64,000 nt of DNA from Candidatus Methylomirabilota bacterium (GTDB taxonomy: Bacteria > Methylomirabilota > Methylomirabilia > Rokubacteriales > CSP1-6). The translations under genes were made by a program, and so were the position numbers. The notes below the pieces were generated by a model. The model searched no databases and was not told the DNA's origin. It saw nothing but the letters and a program-made list of their open reading frames with translations. Location of the stretch: positions 3,952 through 67,951 of the forward strand of contig DATEDO010000219.1 in the NCBI GenBank assembly GCA_035281625.1. The letters are read 5' to 3'. Shown piece by piece: positions 35,147 through 44,573 of the stretch (position 1 is its first letter; each line of letters starts with the position of its first letter).

Positions 35147-36202
35147 TCACCGTGCCGTCAGCATCGGCCAGAGGGCCTGCGATCCCCGCGCCGCCACCTC
35201 GCGGCCCAGGCGCTCCGCCCAGTGACCCTCCGCGCCGAACTCCGCGCGCCACGACCAGAGCCGTCGCGTGACGAAGTGCAGGGTGTGCTCGTAGGTGAAG
35301 CCGATGGCTCCGTGGGCCTGATGCGCGATGCCGGCGCCCAGCCCCGCCGCCTCACCCACGCGGATCTTGGCGCAAGCGATCTCGAAGGCGGCGTCGCCCT
35401 TCTCCATGGCGTGGAAGGCGGCCTGAGCGGCCATGCCCGCCGCCGCGGTGTGGCCGGCGAGCAGCGCCAGGTTCTGCTGAATCACCTGGAACGTGGAGAG
35501 GGGCTTGCCGAACTGCTTGCGCTCACTCACGTACTTGACCGACTGGGAGAGCAGGAACTCGAGGCCGCCCGCCATCTGCGCCGAGCGCGCCAGGGCCCCG
35601 CCGAGCCAGAGCGAGTCCGGCTGCAGGCTGTCGGAGGCGCCGGCGGCGGCCACCGCGGCGTTGGACCAGGTGAGGGTGTCGCGCGGCTCGAGCGCGAGAT
35701 TGGTGTCGGGCTCGACCTTGGCGGCGCCGCCGGCGACGCGCGCCACCATGAGCTTCCCGCCGCTCTCCGCCAGCGCCACCACGTGCTTGGCGCTGCGCCC
35801 CCACGGCACGCGCGCCGCGGTGCCGCTGAGCGCCCAGCCGCCACCATTCCGAGAAATGGACAGGCGCTCGCCCGCCTGCGTCGGCGCGACCGTGATCGGC
35901 CCCATCGGTACGTCGAGCCCGGACGATGCGAGGAGCCACGCGCCCAGCATGGTCTCCGCGATGGGCAGGGGAACGGCGAAGCGGCCCGCCGCGCTCAGCA
36001 CCACCTGGGCATGGTCCCAGGTGCCGCCGGCGCCCCCGTGCGTCTCGGGGATCTGCGGCAGGGTGAGGCCGCCTTCCTCCACCGCCTGCCAGAGATCGTC
36101 TGGCCACTGGCCCTTCTCGGTGGACTCGATCAGCGCGGGCGTCACCCGGTCGGTGAAGAGCCGCGTGCAGGTGTCCGCCAGCAGCGTGCGCATCTCGTCC
36201 AT
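35147..36202 (-). CDS. Acyl-CoA dehydrogenase family protein (probable second subunit of a heteromeric acyl-CoA dehydrogenase)
   Basis: About 351 aa. The start is chosen at the ATG at 36200-36202, which has GGGAGAGG upstream. The alternative start is 36235. The ACAD C-terminal helical domain is present, but the sequence is divergent and lacks an obvious catalytic Glu context. Confidence 0.65.
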   Translation of the reverse strand: MDEMRTLLADTCTRLFTDRVTPALIESTEKGQWPDDLWQAVEEGGLTLPQIPETHGGAGGTWDHAQVVLSAAGRFAVPLPIAETMLGAWLLASSGLDVPMGPITVAPTQAGERLSISRNGGGWALSGTAARVPWGRSAKHVVALAESGGKLMVARVAGGAAKVEPDTNLALEPRDTLTWSNAAVAAAGASDSLQPDSLWLGGALARSAQMAGGLEFLLSQSVKYVSERKQFGKPLSTFQVIQQNLALLAGHTAAAGMAAQAAFHAMEKGDAAFEIACAKIRVGEAAGLGAGIAHQAHGAIGFTYEHTLHFVTRRLWSWRAEFGAEGHWAERLGREVAARGSQALWPMLTAR

Positions 36203-36278
36203 GTCAGGACCTCTCCCGTAGTGCAACGCGGTCATTTACCATGTTCGCTCGCCTCGCCTTCGGCTGCGGCTCGCCAAG

Positions 36279-37430
36279 CTATCTCAGACCCAGCCCGCGG
36301 GCGATGATGCCGCGCAGGATCTCGCGCGTGCCGCCGCGGAGGGAGAAGGACGGGGCGTGCTGGACGAGATAGCCGAGGGTCTTCTCGAACTCGCTGCCGG
36401 TGTCGAGATGCGGCTCGGCGCCGATCAGCGCGTGCACCAGCTCGGGGATCTCCTGCTCGAACGTGGTGCCGACGTCCTTGACCACGGACGCCTCGAGGTT
36501 GGGGCTCTTGCCCGCCTGGAGCATGGCCGCTACCGACAACGACATTTGACGAAGCGTGTTGAGGTGCGCGGTGAGCCGGCCCACCAGCACCGCGGCGCGC
36601 TCGCCCGGCTCCTTGCCGACCTCGTTGATCAGCTCCAGGACCAATCTGATCGAGGAGAGATACCGCTCGGGGCCGCTGCGCTCGAAGCCCAGCTCGGTGG
36701 TGACCTGCTTCCAGCCGTCGCCCTCCTTACCCACGCGCGCGTCCTCGGGGACGAAGGCGTCCTCGTAGTGCACCTCGTTGAAGTGGTGCCCACCCGCGAG
36801 GTCGTAGATGGGCCGGATGGTGATACCCTTGGTGTTCTTCAAGTCCACGAGGAACTGCGAGAGGCCCTCGTGCTTCTTGTCCGGCACCACCTGGGTGCGG
36901 AACAGCGAGATGGCGAAGTCGGAGAGATGCGCGTTGCTGGTCCAGATCTTGGTGCCGTTGACCTTGTAGCCGCCCGGCACCTTCTCGGCGCGGGTGCGGA
37001 TGGAGGCGAGGTCCGACCCGGAGTCGGGCTCGCTCATGCCGATGGCGAAGGACAGCTCCCCGCGCGTGATGGGCGGGAGGAAGCGCTGGCGCTGCTCCTC
37101 GGTGCCGAAGCGGAGGAGCAGCGGGCCGGACTGCCGGTCGGCCACCCAGTGGAAGCTGACCGGCGCGCCCGCGGCGAGCGTCTCCTCCAGCACCACGTAG
37201 CGCTCCAGGAACGAGCGCTCGTGGCCTCCGTACTTCTTGGGCCAGGTCATGCCGATCCACCCCTTGGCGGCGAGCTTCTTCGAGAACTCGGGATGGTGCC
37301 CGCCCCAGGTGCGCGGCCGCTCCTCGGTGGAGAGCTTGGGCAGCTCGGTGCGGAGGAAGTCGCGCACCTCCTGGCGGAGCGTTTCCGCCTCGGGCGGCAG
37401 CTCGTGCAGCTCGAAGTTGAAGGTGGCCAT
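36279..37430 (-). CDS. Acyl-CoA dehydrogenase
   Basis: 383 aa from the ATG at 37428-37430, with AGGAGA upstream. ACAD N, middle beta and C domains are present (…GMSEPDSGSDLASIRTRAEK…, C-terminal GGTREILRGIIARGL). Confidence 0.85.
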   Translation of the reverse strand: MATFNFELHELPPEAETLRQEVRDFLRTELPKLSTEERPRTWGGHHPEFSKKLAAKGWIGMTWPKKYGGHERSFLERYVVLEETLAAGAPVSFHWVADRQSGPLLLRFGTEEQRQRFLPPITRGELSFAIGMSEPDSGSDLASIRTRAEKVPGGYKVNGTKIWTSNAHLSDFAISLFRTQVVPDKKHEGLSQFLVDLKNTKGITIRPIYDLAGGHHFNEVHYEDAFVPEDARVGKEGDGWKQVTTELGFERSGPERYLSSIRLVLELINEVGKEPGERAAVLVGRLTAHLNTLRQMSLSVAAMLQAGKSPNLEASVVKDVGTTFEQEIPELVHALIGAEPHLDTGSEFEKTLGYLVQHAPSFSLRGGTREILRGIIARGLGLR

Positions 37431-37446
37431 GGACTCTCCTGCGGGC

Positions 37447-38223
37447 CTAGCGGCCCTTGAAGGCGGGCTTGCGCTTCTCGAGCATGGCGGCGGCGCCTTC
37501 CTTGGCGTCCTCACTTCGCTGAGCTTGGCGCGCCAGCTCGTCGATGTCCTCGTGGGGGATCTGCTCGCGGAGCGAGATCATGCGCCGGATGGCGAGCTTC
37601 ATGCCGGCCAGCGACAGGGGGGCGTTCTCGGCGATCTGCCGCGCCAGATCATCGGTGACCTTCTCGATCTCGGCCGGCGGCACGAGCTGGTGCACCATGC
37701 CGATCTCGTAGGCGCGCTTGGCGTCGATGAGCCGGCCGGTGAAGAGGAGATGCCGCGTGTGCGCAGGGCCGAGGACCTCCACCAGCTTCTGGCCGAGCGC
37801 AAAGGGGACGAGCAGGCCGATGCGCGCCAGCGGCATGCCGAAGCGCGCGCCCTCGGCGGCCACGCGCAGGTCGCAGTGCAGCGCCAGCTCACAGCCGCCC
37901 GCCACCGCGTCCCCGTGCACCATCGCGATGGTGGGGTGCCGGGACCGTTCGACCCGCTGAAGCACCTGCGTGACTCCGCTCTCGGGATCGCCCTTGGGGT
38001 CGTCCTGACGCTGGCGCATCTCGCGGAGGTCCATGCCGGAGCAGAACGCCGGCCCCTCGCCGCGAATCACCACCACGCGCACGTCGGGGTTCTTGTCGAG
38101 CGCCTCCATGTGCTCGACCAGCCCGTTGAGCATGGCGCGATTCATCGCGTTGCGCCGATCGGGGCGGTTCATGGTCAGTGTCGCGACCCCGGCTTCGACT
38201 CGCAGCTTCAGCTCTTCGGTCAT
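37447..38223 (-). CDS. Enoyl-CoA hydratase/isomerase (crotonase superfamily)
   Basis: 258 aa from the ATG at 38221-38223. Motifs include FCSGMDL and AMVHGDAVAGGCELALHCD. Confidence 0.85.
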   Translation of the reverse strand: MTEELKLRVEAGVATLTMNRPDRRNAMNRAMLNGLVEHMEALDKNPDVRVVVIRGEGPAFCSGMDLREMRQRQDDPKGDPESGVTQVLQRVERSRHPTIAMVHGDAVAGGCELALHCDLRVAAEGARFGMPLARIGLLVPFALGQKLVEVLGPAHTRHLLFTGRLIDAKRAYEIGMVHQLVPPAEIEKVTDDLARQIAENAPLSLAGMKLAIRRMISLREQIPHEDIDELARQAQRSEDAKEGAAAMLEKRKPAFKGR

Positions 38224-38338
38224 GCGACGCCCTCTGTTGTCTGGAGCTGGGGGGGAGCGGGGGCCGCTCCTCCCCCAGACCCCCCCACCCACTCCTGTGC
38301 TGGAGACGAGAGGCGACGGAACATCCGCCCGCGTGTCG

Positions 38339-39502
38339 TCATCGCAGCAACTGCCGCGCGATCACCATGCGGTGCACTTCGCTGGGCCCCTCGCCGATGC
38401 GGCGCACGCGCGCCTCGCGGTACCAGCGCTCCAGAGGGAACTCCTTGGATACGCCGTAGCCGCCGTGGATCTGCACGGCGGCGTCGATGACACGGCCAAG
38501 CACCTCGCTCGAGTAGAGCTTGGCCATGGAAGCCTCCACGCGCGCGTCCTCGCCGCGGTCCGCCTTCCACGCGCCCGACCAGATGATCCAGCGGCAGGCG
38601 CGCAGCTCCACCTCGGCGTCCGCGAGCATCCACTGGATGGCCTGGCGCTGGGCCAGGGGCTGCCCGAAGGTGGAGCGCTGCTTGGCATGCGCGATGGCCA
38701 TGCGATGGGCCGCCACCGCCACGCCGAGATTGCACGCGGAGTAGGGGAAGCGGTTCTTCACCAGGAGATCGAAGGCGAGATCGAGGCCCTGGCCCTCGGC
38801 GCCGACCAGCGCGTCCCCGGGCAGCACGCAGTCCTCGAACACCACGTCGTTGGGGCGGGCGGCGGTCCGGATGACCTTGATCTCGCTGGCGTGAAAGCCC
38901 GGCGTGCCATGCTCCACCACGAAGCAGGAGATGCCGGCGCGGCCCTTGCCCTTGTCGGTGCGGGCGAACACCACGCCCCATGGCGCGTCGTGGGCGCGCG
39001 AGATGAAGACTTTTCGCCCGTTGAGCACCCACGTGTCTCCGCGCTTCTCCGCGCGCGTCTGAATGGCGCCGGCGGGATCGGAGCCGCCGGAGGGCTCGGT
39101 GATGGCGAAGAAGGTCTGCCAGCCCTCGCGAATGGTGGGGATCGCGTACTTCTCGATCTGGGCCTTGGTCCCCGCCCAGATCGCCGGCGGCGGATAGCGG
39201 CCGAACACACCGCAGCCGGGCACGTAGAGCCCCATGCGGTGCTGCGACATCTCCTCGAGCGCCACGCACATGCCGAAGGTGTCGAGCCCGCCGCCGCCGT
39301 ACTCCTCGCGCGCGCCCAGCGCCCAGAGGCCGGCGGCCTTCGTCATGTCGGAGAGGCGCTTCTCGTCGTCGGGCGCCAGCTCCTCGGCGTCGGGATCGAC
39401 GCGCTGCTCGGCGGGGATGATCTCGTCCTGGACGAATCGGCGGATCTGCTCTGCGAGCATCCGCAATTCGTCGGGAAGGGTATAGCCGGGGAACGACGGC
39501 AT
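38339..39502 (-). CDS. Acyl-CoA dehydrogenase
   Basis: 387 aa. Segments include FAITEPSGGSDPAGAIQTRAEKRGDTWVLNGRKVFIS and the C-terminal IHGGYGVSKEFPLERWYREARVRRIGEGPSEV. Confidence 0.85.
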   Translation of the reverse strand: MPSFPGYTLPDELRMLAEQIRRFVQDEIIPAEQRVDPDAEELAPDDEKRLSDMTKAAGLWALGAREEYGGGGLDTFGMCVALEEMSQHRMGLYVPGCGVFGRYPPPAIWAGTKAQIEKYAIPTIREGWQTFFAITEPSGGSDPAGAIQTRAEKRGDTWVLNGRKVFISRAHDAPWGVVFARTDKGKGRAGISCFVVEHGTPGFHASEIKVIRTAARPNDVVFEDCVLPGDALVGAEGQGLDLAFDLLVKNRFPYSACNLGVAVAAHRMAIAHAKQRSTFGQPLAQRQAIQWMLADAEVELRACRWIIWSGAWKADRGEDARVEASMAKLYSSEVLGRVIDAAVQIHGGYGVSKEFPLERWYREARVRRIGEGPSEVHRMVIARQLLR

Positions 39503-39523
39503 CGGACGCTCCGGAGCGGAGGG

Positions 39524-39925
39524 CTAGTCGTACGGCTCGCGGTGACGCATCTCCACGAAGAGCCCGTGGCACTCCCGCGGGTGCACCCACGCGATCTTGT
39601 CACCACGTTGATCGACGCGCACGCCTTCCTTGCGGAGATGAGCGGACGCGGCCGCGACGTCTTTCGTTTCGAAGCCCACCAGGTACACGCCCTCGCCGTG
39701 CTTGGCGAGGAAGCGCCCGGCGGCCTTGTCGGGGTCCGTGGGCATGAGCAATTCGATGTGGCCGGCGCCCAGGGGGAGGATGGCGCTCTTGAAGCCGAAC
39801 TCCTTGGAGTCCAGCCGGTGATGCTCTTTCAGGCCGAACAGGCGCTCATAGCGCGCCACGGCCTCGTCGAGGTCGCGAACGACCACGGTCAGCTCGATCA
39901 CGTCGCCCAGCACCGGGGAGGCCAT
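39524..39925 (-). CDS. VOC/glyoxalase-family protein (methylmalonyl-CoA epimerase-like)
   Basis: 133 aa from the ATG at 39923-39925 (MASPVLGDVIELTVVVRDLDEAVARYERLFGL). The ORF-track start 36 nt upstream is also possible. Confidence 0.7.
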   Translation of the reverse strand: MASPVLGDVIELTVVVRDLDEAVARYERLFGLKEHHRLDSKEFGFKSAILPLGAGHIELLMPTDPDKAAGRFLAKHGEGVYLVGFETKDVAAASAHLRKEGVRVDQRGDKIAWVHPRECHGLFVEMRHREPYD

Positions 39926-40014
39926 ATCCACTAGACTGTGCAGGGACTTTACCCGAATCACGACACGCCCACAACCCCGCCGGGTTCGCCCCGGCGAACC
40001 GGAGAGAGGACGCC

Positions 40015-41019
40015 ATGGCCGCCCGGACGCGCTGGTCCCTGTCGGTGCCGCAGGACGGTTTCACCCTCGCCGAGCACGCGGCTCTCGCCCGCGAGGCGGA
40101 GGGATGGGGCTACACGGACTGCTGGTCGTTCGAGTCGGACGGCCTGGACTGCTTCTCGCCCCTCGCCGTCGTCGGCGCGGCCACGAATCTGCGCCTCGGC
40201 ACCGCCATCGCCAATGTCTACACGCGCGGTCCGGCCACCCTGGCGCAGTGCGCCGCCGGCCTCGCCGAGATCGCCCCCGGCCGCTTCATCCTGGGCGTGG
40301 GCTCCGGCTCGCAGGTCATCATCGAGAAGTGGAACGGCGGCCGCTTCGAGAAGCCCGCCACCCGCGTGCGCGAGATGGTGCGGTTCCTGCGCCAGGCCCT
40401 CGCCGGTGAGCGCGTCGTCTTCAAGGGAAAGACCTTCGAGGTGGACGGCTTCCGCCTCACGAAGCCGCCGTCGAAGCCCGTTCCCATCTACGTGGCCGCC
40501 CTCCGTCCCGGGATGTTGAAGGTCGCCGGCGAGGTGGCGGACGGCGTCATCCTGAACTGGCTCGCGCCCGAAGACGTGCCGAAGTCGGTGAAGGTGGTGC
40601 GTGAGGCGGCGGAGAGGTCCGGGCGCGATCCCCATTCGATCGAGATCACCGCGCGCATCTTCGTGAACCTCGACCCCGTCACGCCGGATTCGGAGCTGGC
40701 GGTGCGCCGCCACGTGGCCGGCTACCTCAACGTGCCCGTGTACCGTCACTTCCAGGAGTGGCTTGGCCGCACCGAGGCGCTGTCGGCGATGTGGCGGGCA
40801 TGGGAGGCCGGCGACCGGAAGGCCGCCGTCGCCGCCATCCCCCAGGGCCTGCTGGACGATCTCTTCACGCGGGGCCCGCTGCCCGAGATCCGCACGCGGC
40901 TCATTCGTTACTTCGACGCGGGGCTCGAGACCGCGTTCCTCGCCCTGTCGACCACCGAGCCCGACCCCGCGCGCAAGCAGGCCATCGTCCGCGAGGCCCT
41001 GCGGGTCATCGCATCCTAG
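40015..41019 (+). CDS. LLM-class (luciferase-like) flavin/F420-dependent oxidoreductase
   Basis: 334 aa. The pattern is a TIM-barrel LLM (…GFTLAEHAALAREAEGWGYTDCWSFE…LGTAIANVYTRGPATLAQ…). The F420-dependent subclass is suggested but not proven. Confidence 0.75.
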   Translation: MAARTRWSLSVPQDGFTLAEHAALAREAEGWGYTDCWSFESDGLDCFSPLAVVGAATNLRLGTAIANVYTRGPATLAQCAAGLAEIAPGRFILGVGSGSQVIIEKWNGGRFEKPATRVREMVRFLRQALAGERVVFKGKTFEVDGFRLTKPPSKPVPIYVAALRPGMLKVAGEVADGVILNWLAPEDVPKSVKVVREAAERSGRDPHSIEITARIFVNLDPVTPDSELAVRRHVAGYLNVPVYRHFQEWLGRTEALSAMWRAWEAGDRKAAVAAIPQGLLDDLFTRGPLPEIRTRLIRYFDAGLETAFLALSTTEPDPARKQAIVREALRVIAS

Positions 41020-41041
41020 CCGTGCGTTCCGCCGCGGGCGA

Positions 41042-42421
41042 ATGACGGGCCCATCCATCGCCCGCGGCATCATCGGACAGGCGCAGCCCATCCTGGTGGG
41101 CCAGCTCGCGCTGATGGCCTACGCGGTGGTGGACACCGTGCTCACCGGCCACGCCTCCGCGGTGGATCTCGCCACGATGGGGCTCGGGCTCAGCGTGTAC
41201 TCCACGGTGTTCGTCGGACTGCTCGGCGCGGTGAACGCGCTGAACCCCATCATCGCCCAGCACTACGGCGCCGACCGGCAGGCCGCCATCGGTGTCGCCT
41301 TCGTCCAGGGGATCTGGATGGCGCTGATCCTTTCCGCGGTGGGCTGCGCCGTGCTCGCGGCGCCGCAGCTCTGGCTCCACTGGCTGCGGGCGCCGGCGGA
41401 GGTCGAGCCGCTCGTCACGCGCTATCTTCACGTGCTCGCCCTCGGCCTGCCCGGCTCGCTCCTGTTCCGCGCCATCTATTCTCTCAACACCGCCGTTTCT
41501 CGGCCGCGCGTGGTCATGGCGCTGCAGCTGGTCGGGCTGGTCCTCAAGGTCCTCCTGAGCTACACGCTGATCTTTGGCGCCCTCGGCCTCCCGCGCCTGG
41601 GCGCGGTGGGCGCAGCGGTCGCCTCCGTGATCGTGTTCTGGACGCTGTTCGGCATGGGCCTCGCCTACATGCGGCGAGATCCGTTCTATCGGCGGTTCGG
41701 CATCCGGTGGACGGGCCCGCGCTGGCCCATCCTGCGCGAGCTGTTCGGGCTCGGCATTCCCATGACCCTTTCCTACACCCTGGAGGCGACTTCGTTCACC
41801 GTCATCACCCTGCTCGCCGCCCGCCTCGGCACCACGGTGATGGGGGGACATCAGGTGGTCGCGAACCTCGCCGCCCTCTGCTTCATGGTCCCGCTGTCGC
41901 TGGCCATCGCCACCGCGACCCTCACCGCCCAGTCCGTCGGGGCGGGCGACCTGCGGCGGGCCCGTCACACCGCGCTGACGGGGATGAGGATCGGGGCGGT
42001 GGCGGCGGCGGGCACGGTGGCGCTCCTGTGGACGCTGCGCGGCGGCATCGTGCGGCTCTACACCGGCGACCCCTCGGTGGCGGCGATGGCGCTCACCCTC
42101 GTCCCCTTCCTGGCCGCCTTCCACTTCTTCGATGCGCTCCAGACCGTGGCCACGTTCGTGCTGCGCGCGTACAAGATCGCGCTGGCGCCGACGGTGGTGC
42201 ACGCGGTGGCGCTCTGGGGAATCGGCGTGGTGGGCGGCTATCAGGTGGCCTTTGGCGGCGCATGGGGCGCGCCGTGGGGGCTCTCGGGGATGTGGATGGC
42301 GCAGGCCATCGCGCTGGCCCTCGCCGCGGTGCTCCTCGTCACGTACTATCTCGCCTCCTCGCGCTTCCGCCGCGCGGGGGCCGCGGGCGCCGAAGCCCTC
42401 GGGCAGCGGAGGCCGGCGTAG
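41042..42421 (+). CDS. MATE family efflux transporter
   Basis: 459 aa from the ATG at 41042, with 12 predicted TM segments. The N-terminus is IARGIIGQAQPILVGQLALMAYAVVDTVLTGH. Confidence 0.85.
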   Translation: MTGPSIARGIIGQAQPILVGQLALMAYAVVDTVLTGHASAVDLATMGLGLSVYSTVFVGLLGAVNALNPIIAQHYGADRQAAIGVAFVQGIWMALILSAVGCAVLAAPQLWLHWLRAPAEVEPLVTRYLHVLALGLPGSLLFRAIYSLNTAVSRPRVVMALQLVGLVLKVLLSYTLIFGALGLPRLGAVGAAVASVIVFWTLFGMGLAYMRRDPFYRRFGIRWTGPRWPILRELFGLGIPMTLSYTLEATSFTVITLLAARLGTTVMGGHQVVANLAALCFMVPLSLAIATATLTAQSVGAGDLRRARHTALTGMRIGAVAAAGTVALLWTLRGGIVRLYTGDPSVAAMALTLVPFLAAFHFFDALQTVATFVLRAYKIALAPTVVHAVALWGIGVVGGYQVAFGGAWGAPWGLSGMWMAQAIALALAAVLLVTYYLASSRFRRAGAAGAEALGQRRPA

Positions 42422-42425
42422 GCCC

Positions 42426-43166
42426 ATGTCCGCCGCCATCGCCGAGCACGGCGCCGCGCTCGCCTACGCCGCCCTCGTGCTCTTCCTGGCCTACTTCGTC
42501 CGCGGCATGGCGGGCTTCGGCTCGGGCCTCATCGCCGTGCCGCTCCTCACGCTGTCGTGGCCGCTGCCCGTGATCCTGCCTCTGGTGGTCGCGCTCGACT
42601 ACATCGGCTCGGCCGGGCAGAGCGTGCGCAACGCGCGGCACATCGCGTGGCGCGAGCAGCTCGTCCTCGTCCCGTTCATGATCGTCGGCGTGGCCCTGGG
42701 ACTCTACGTGCTGCGCGCGGTGCCGGCGGCATTGCTGGCCCGCGTGCTCGGCGGCTTCGTGCTCGTCTACGCGGTGTATCAGCTGCTCCCGCGGCCGCCC
42801 CTGCGCCGGTCGCGGATGCTCGCAGGAGTCTGCGGAGTGCTGGGCGGGCTCATGGGCACGGTGTTCGGCACCGGCGGGCCCTTCTACGTGATCTATCTGA
42901 ACCTGCGCCAGCTCGACAAGACGGCGTTCCGCGCGACGTTCGCCTCGAACTTCCTGCTCGACGGCGGCGTCCGGCTCGTGGCCTACGTCGTCGTGGGCCT
43001 CTTGCGCGTCCAGACCCTGGTGGCGGTGATCGCCGCCCTGCCCGTCGTGTCCGCGGCGCTCTTCGCGGGCGGGCGCCTCCAGGCGCGGTTCTCCCCGCGG
43101 ACCTTTCAGTGGTTGATCAGCGCGCTGCTGTTCGGCAGCGGGCTCGCCCTGCTGCTCCGGCGCTGA
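42426..43166 (+). CDS. TauE/SafE (DUF81, TSUP) family sulfite/anion exporter-like membrane protein
   Basis: 246 aa from the ATG at 42426. It has an 8-TM pattern with two GxxxG-rich repeats (VRGMAGFGSGLIAVPLL ... GTVFGTGGPFYVIYL). Confidence 0.75.
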   Translation: MSAAIAEHGAALAYAALVLFLAYFVRGMAGFGSGLIAVPLLTLSWPLPVILPLVVALDYIGSAGQSVRNARHIAWREQLVLVPFMIVGVALGLYVLRAVPAALLARVLGGFVLVYAVYQLLPRPPLRRSRMLAGVCGVLGGLMGTVFGTGGPFYVIYLNLRQLDKTAFRATFASNFLLDGGVRLVAYVVVGLLRVQTLVAVIAALPVVSAALFAGGRLQARFSPRTFQWLISALLFGSGLALLLRR

Positions 43167-43172
43167 GCGAGG

Positions 43173-44573
43173 CTACTGCGCGCGGCTCTGCTGGTCCTGC
43201 CAGCCGCCGCCGAGCGCCCGGTAGAGGCGCACCACCGCCTGCATCTCGCTGAGCTGTATGCGCACGAGCCCCAGCTCCGCGTCGAACTGCTGGCGCTCGG
43301 AATCGAGCACCTCGAGATAGGGGCTGACGCCGTTGGTATAGCGGAGGTTGGCGAGGCGGGTGGTGTCGATGGCCGCCACCACCAGCGCTTCTTGCTGGAG
43401 GCGGGACTCCCGCTGCTTCTTGTACTCCACGAGCGAGTCGGAGACGTCGCGGAACGCCCCGATGACGACCTGCTGGTACTGGAGCAGGGCCTCGTCCGCG
43501 CGGGCGTAGGCGGCGTCCACCCCCGCCCCGACGCGGCCGGCCGTGAAGATCGGGAGCGTGAACGAAGGCAACACCGAGAAGATGCCCTGCGGACCGAACA
43601 TCTGCCCGTTGACCATGAGCCCGCCCGCCTGCACCGCGCCGGACAGGAACACGCGCGGGAAGTAATCGGACTTCGCCACGCCGATGCGGGCCGTCGCCGC
43701 GGCCAGCACCTGCTCGGCCTGCTGGACGTCGGGGCGCCGCTCGAGCAGTCGCGCGGGAACGCCCGCCGGCAGCGCGGTGGCCGCGACCTGCTGCCCGAGA
43801 TCACGACCCCGCGGCACGGGGGCAGGCGCCCGGCCCAGCAGGATGCTGATGAGGTTCTCGGTCTGCTCGATCTGCCGCTCGATGTCGGGAACGGTCTGGG
43901 CGGCTCCCGCGACCAGGATCTCGGACTGCCGCACGTCGATCAGGCCCGCCACCCCGCCTTCCTCGCGGACCCGGACCAGCCGGAGCGACTGGGTCCGCGA
44001 GTCGAGGGTGCGGCGCGCGATCTCCAGCTGCACGTCGAGCGCGCGCAGCGAGAAGTAGGCCGAGCCGAGGTCCGAGATGAGCGTGGTGATGACCAGGCGA
44101 CGGCCGTACTCGGTGGCGAGGAGCTCCGCGCGCGCGGCCTCGGTGCCGCGGCGGAACCGGCCCCAGAAGTCGAGCTCGAATCCGAAGTCGAGGCCGCCCG
44201 CGGGCGCGAAGGTCTCGCGCGCCTGCAGGGGGGAGAGATCGCCCTCCACCCGCTGATACGGCGCGCTGCCGATGCCCCGCACCTCGGGGAACTGGAAGGA
44301 GCGGGCGATGGTGACCTGGGCGCGCGCGTCGAGGATGCGCGCCGCCGCCACCCGCACGTCGTAGTTCGCGGCCAGCCCTTCGCGGATGAGGCCCTGGAGG
44401 GTCTCGTCGGCATAGACCTGCCACCAGCCGAGATCGCCCAGCGAGGGCTCCGACGGGGGCGCGAGGGCGCCGCGGAAGTCCGGCGGCGTGTCCACGGCCG
44501 GGCGCGTGTAGTCGGGGCCCAGGGTGCAGGCCGCGAGCAGGAGGGCGGGGGCGACGAGCGCGAATCGTCTCAT
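43173..44573 (-). CDS. RND efflux system outer-membrane factor lipoprotein (NodT/OprM family)
   Basis: 466 aa from the ATG at 44571-44573. The lipobox is in MRRFALVAPALLLAACT. The start overlaps the RND pump stop (ATGA). The ORF-track upstream extension is a read-through frame. Confidence 0.85.
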   Translation of the reverse strand: MRRFALVAPALLLAACTLGPDYTRPAVDTPPDFRGALAPPSEPSLGDLGWWQVYADETLQGLIREGLAANYDVRVAAARILDARAQVTIARSFQFPEVRGIGSAPYQRVEGDLSPLQARETFAPAGGLDFGFELDFWGRFRRGTEAARAELLATEYGRRLVITTLISDLGSAYFSLRALDVQLEIARRTLDSRTQSLRLVRVREEGGVAGLIDVRQSEILVAGAAQTVPDIERQIEQTENLISILLGRAPAPVPRGRDLGQQVAATALPAGVPARLLERRPDVQQAEQVLAAATARIGVAKSDYFPRVFLSGAVQAGGLMVNGQMFGPQGIFSVLPSFTLPIFTAGRVGAGVDAAYARADEALLQYQQVVIGAFRDVSDSLVEYKKQRESRLQQEALVVAAIDTTRLANLRYTNGVSPYLEVLDSERQQFDAELGLVRIQLSEMQAVVRLYRALGGGWQDQQSRAQ

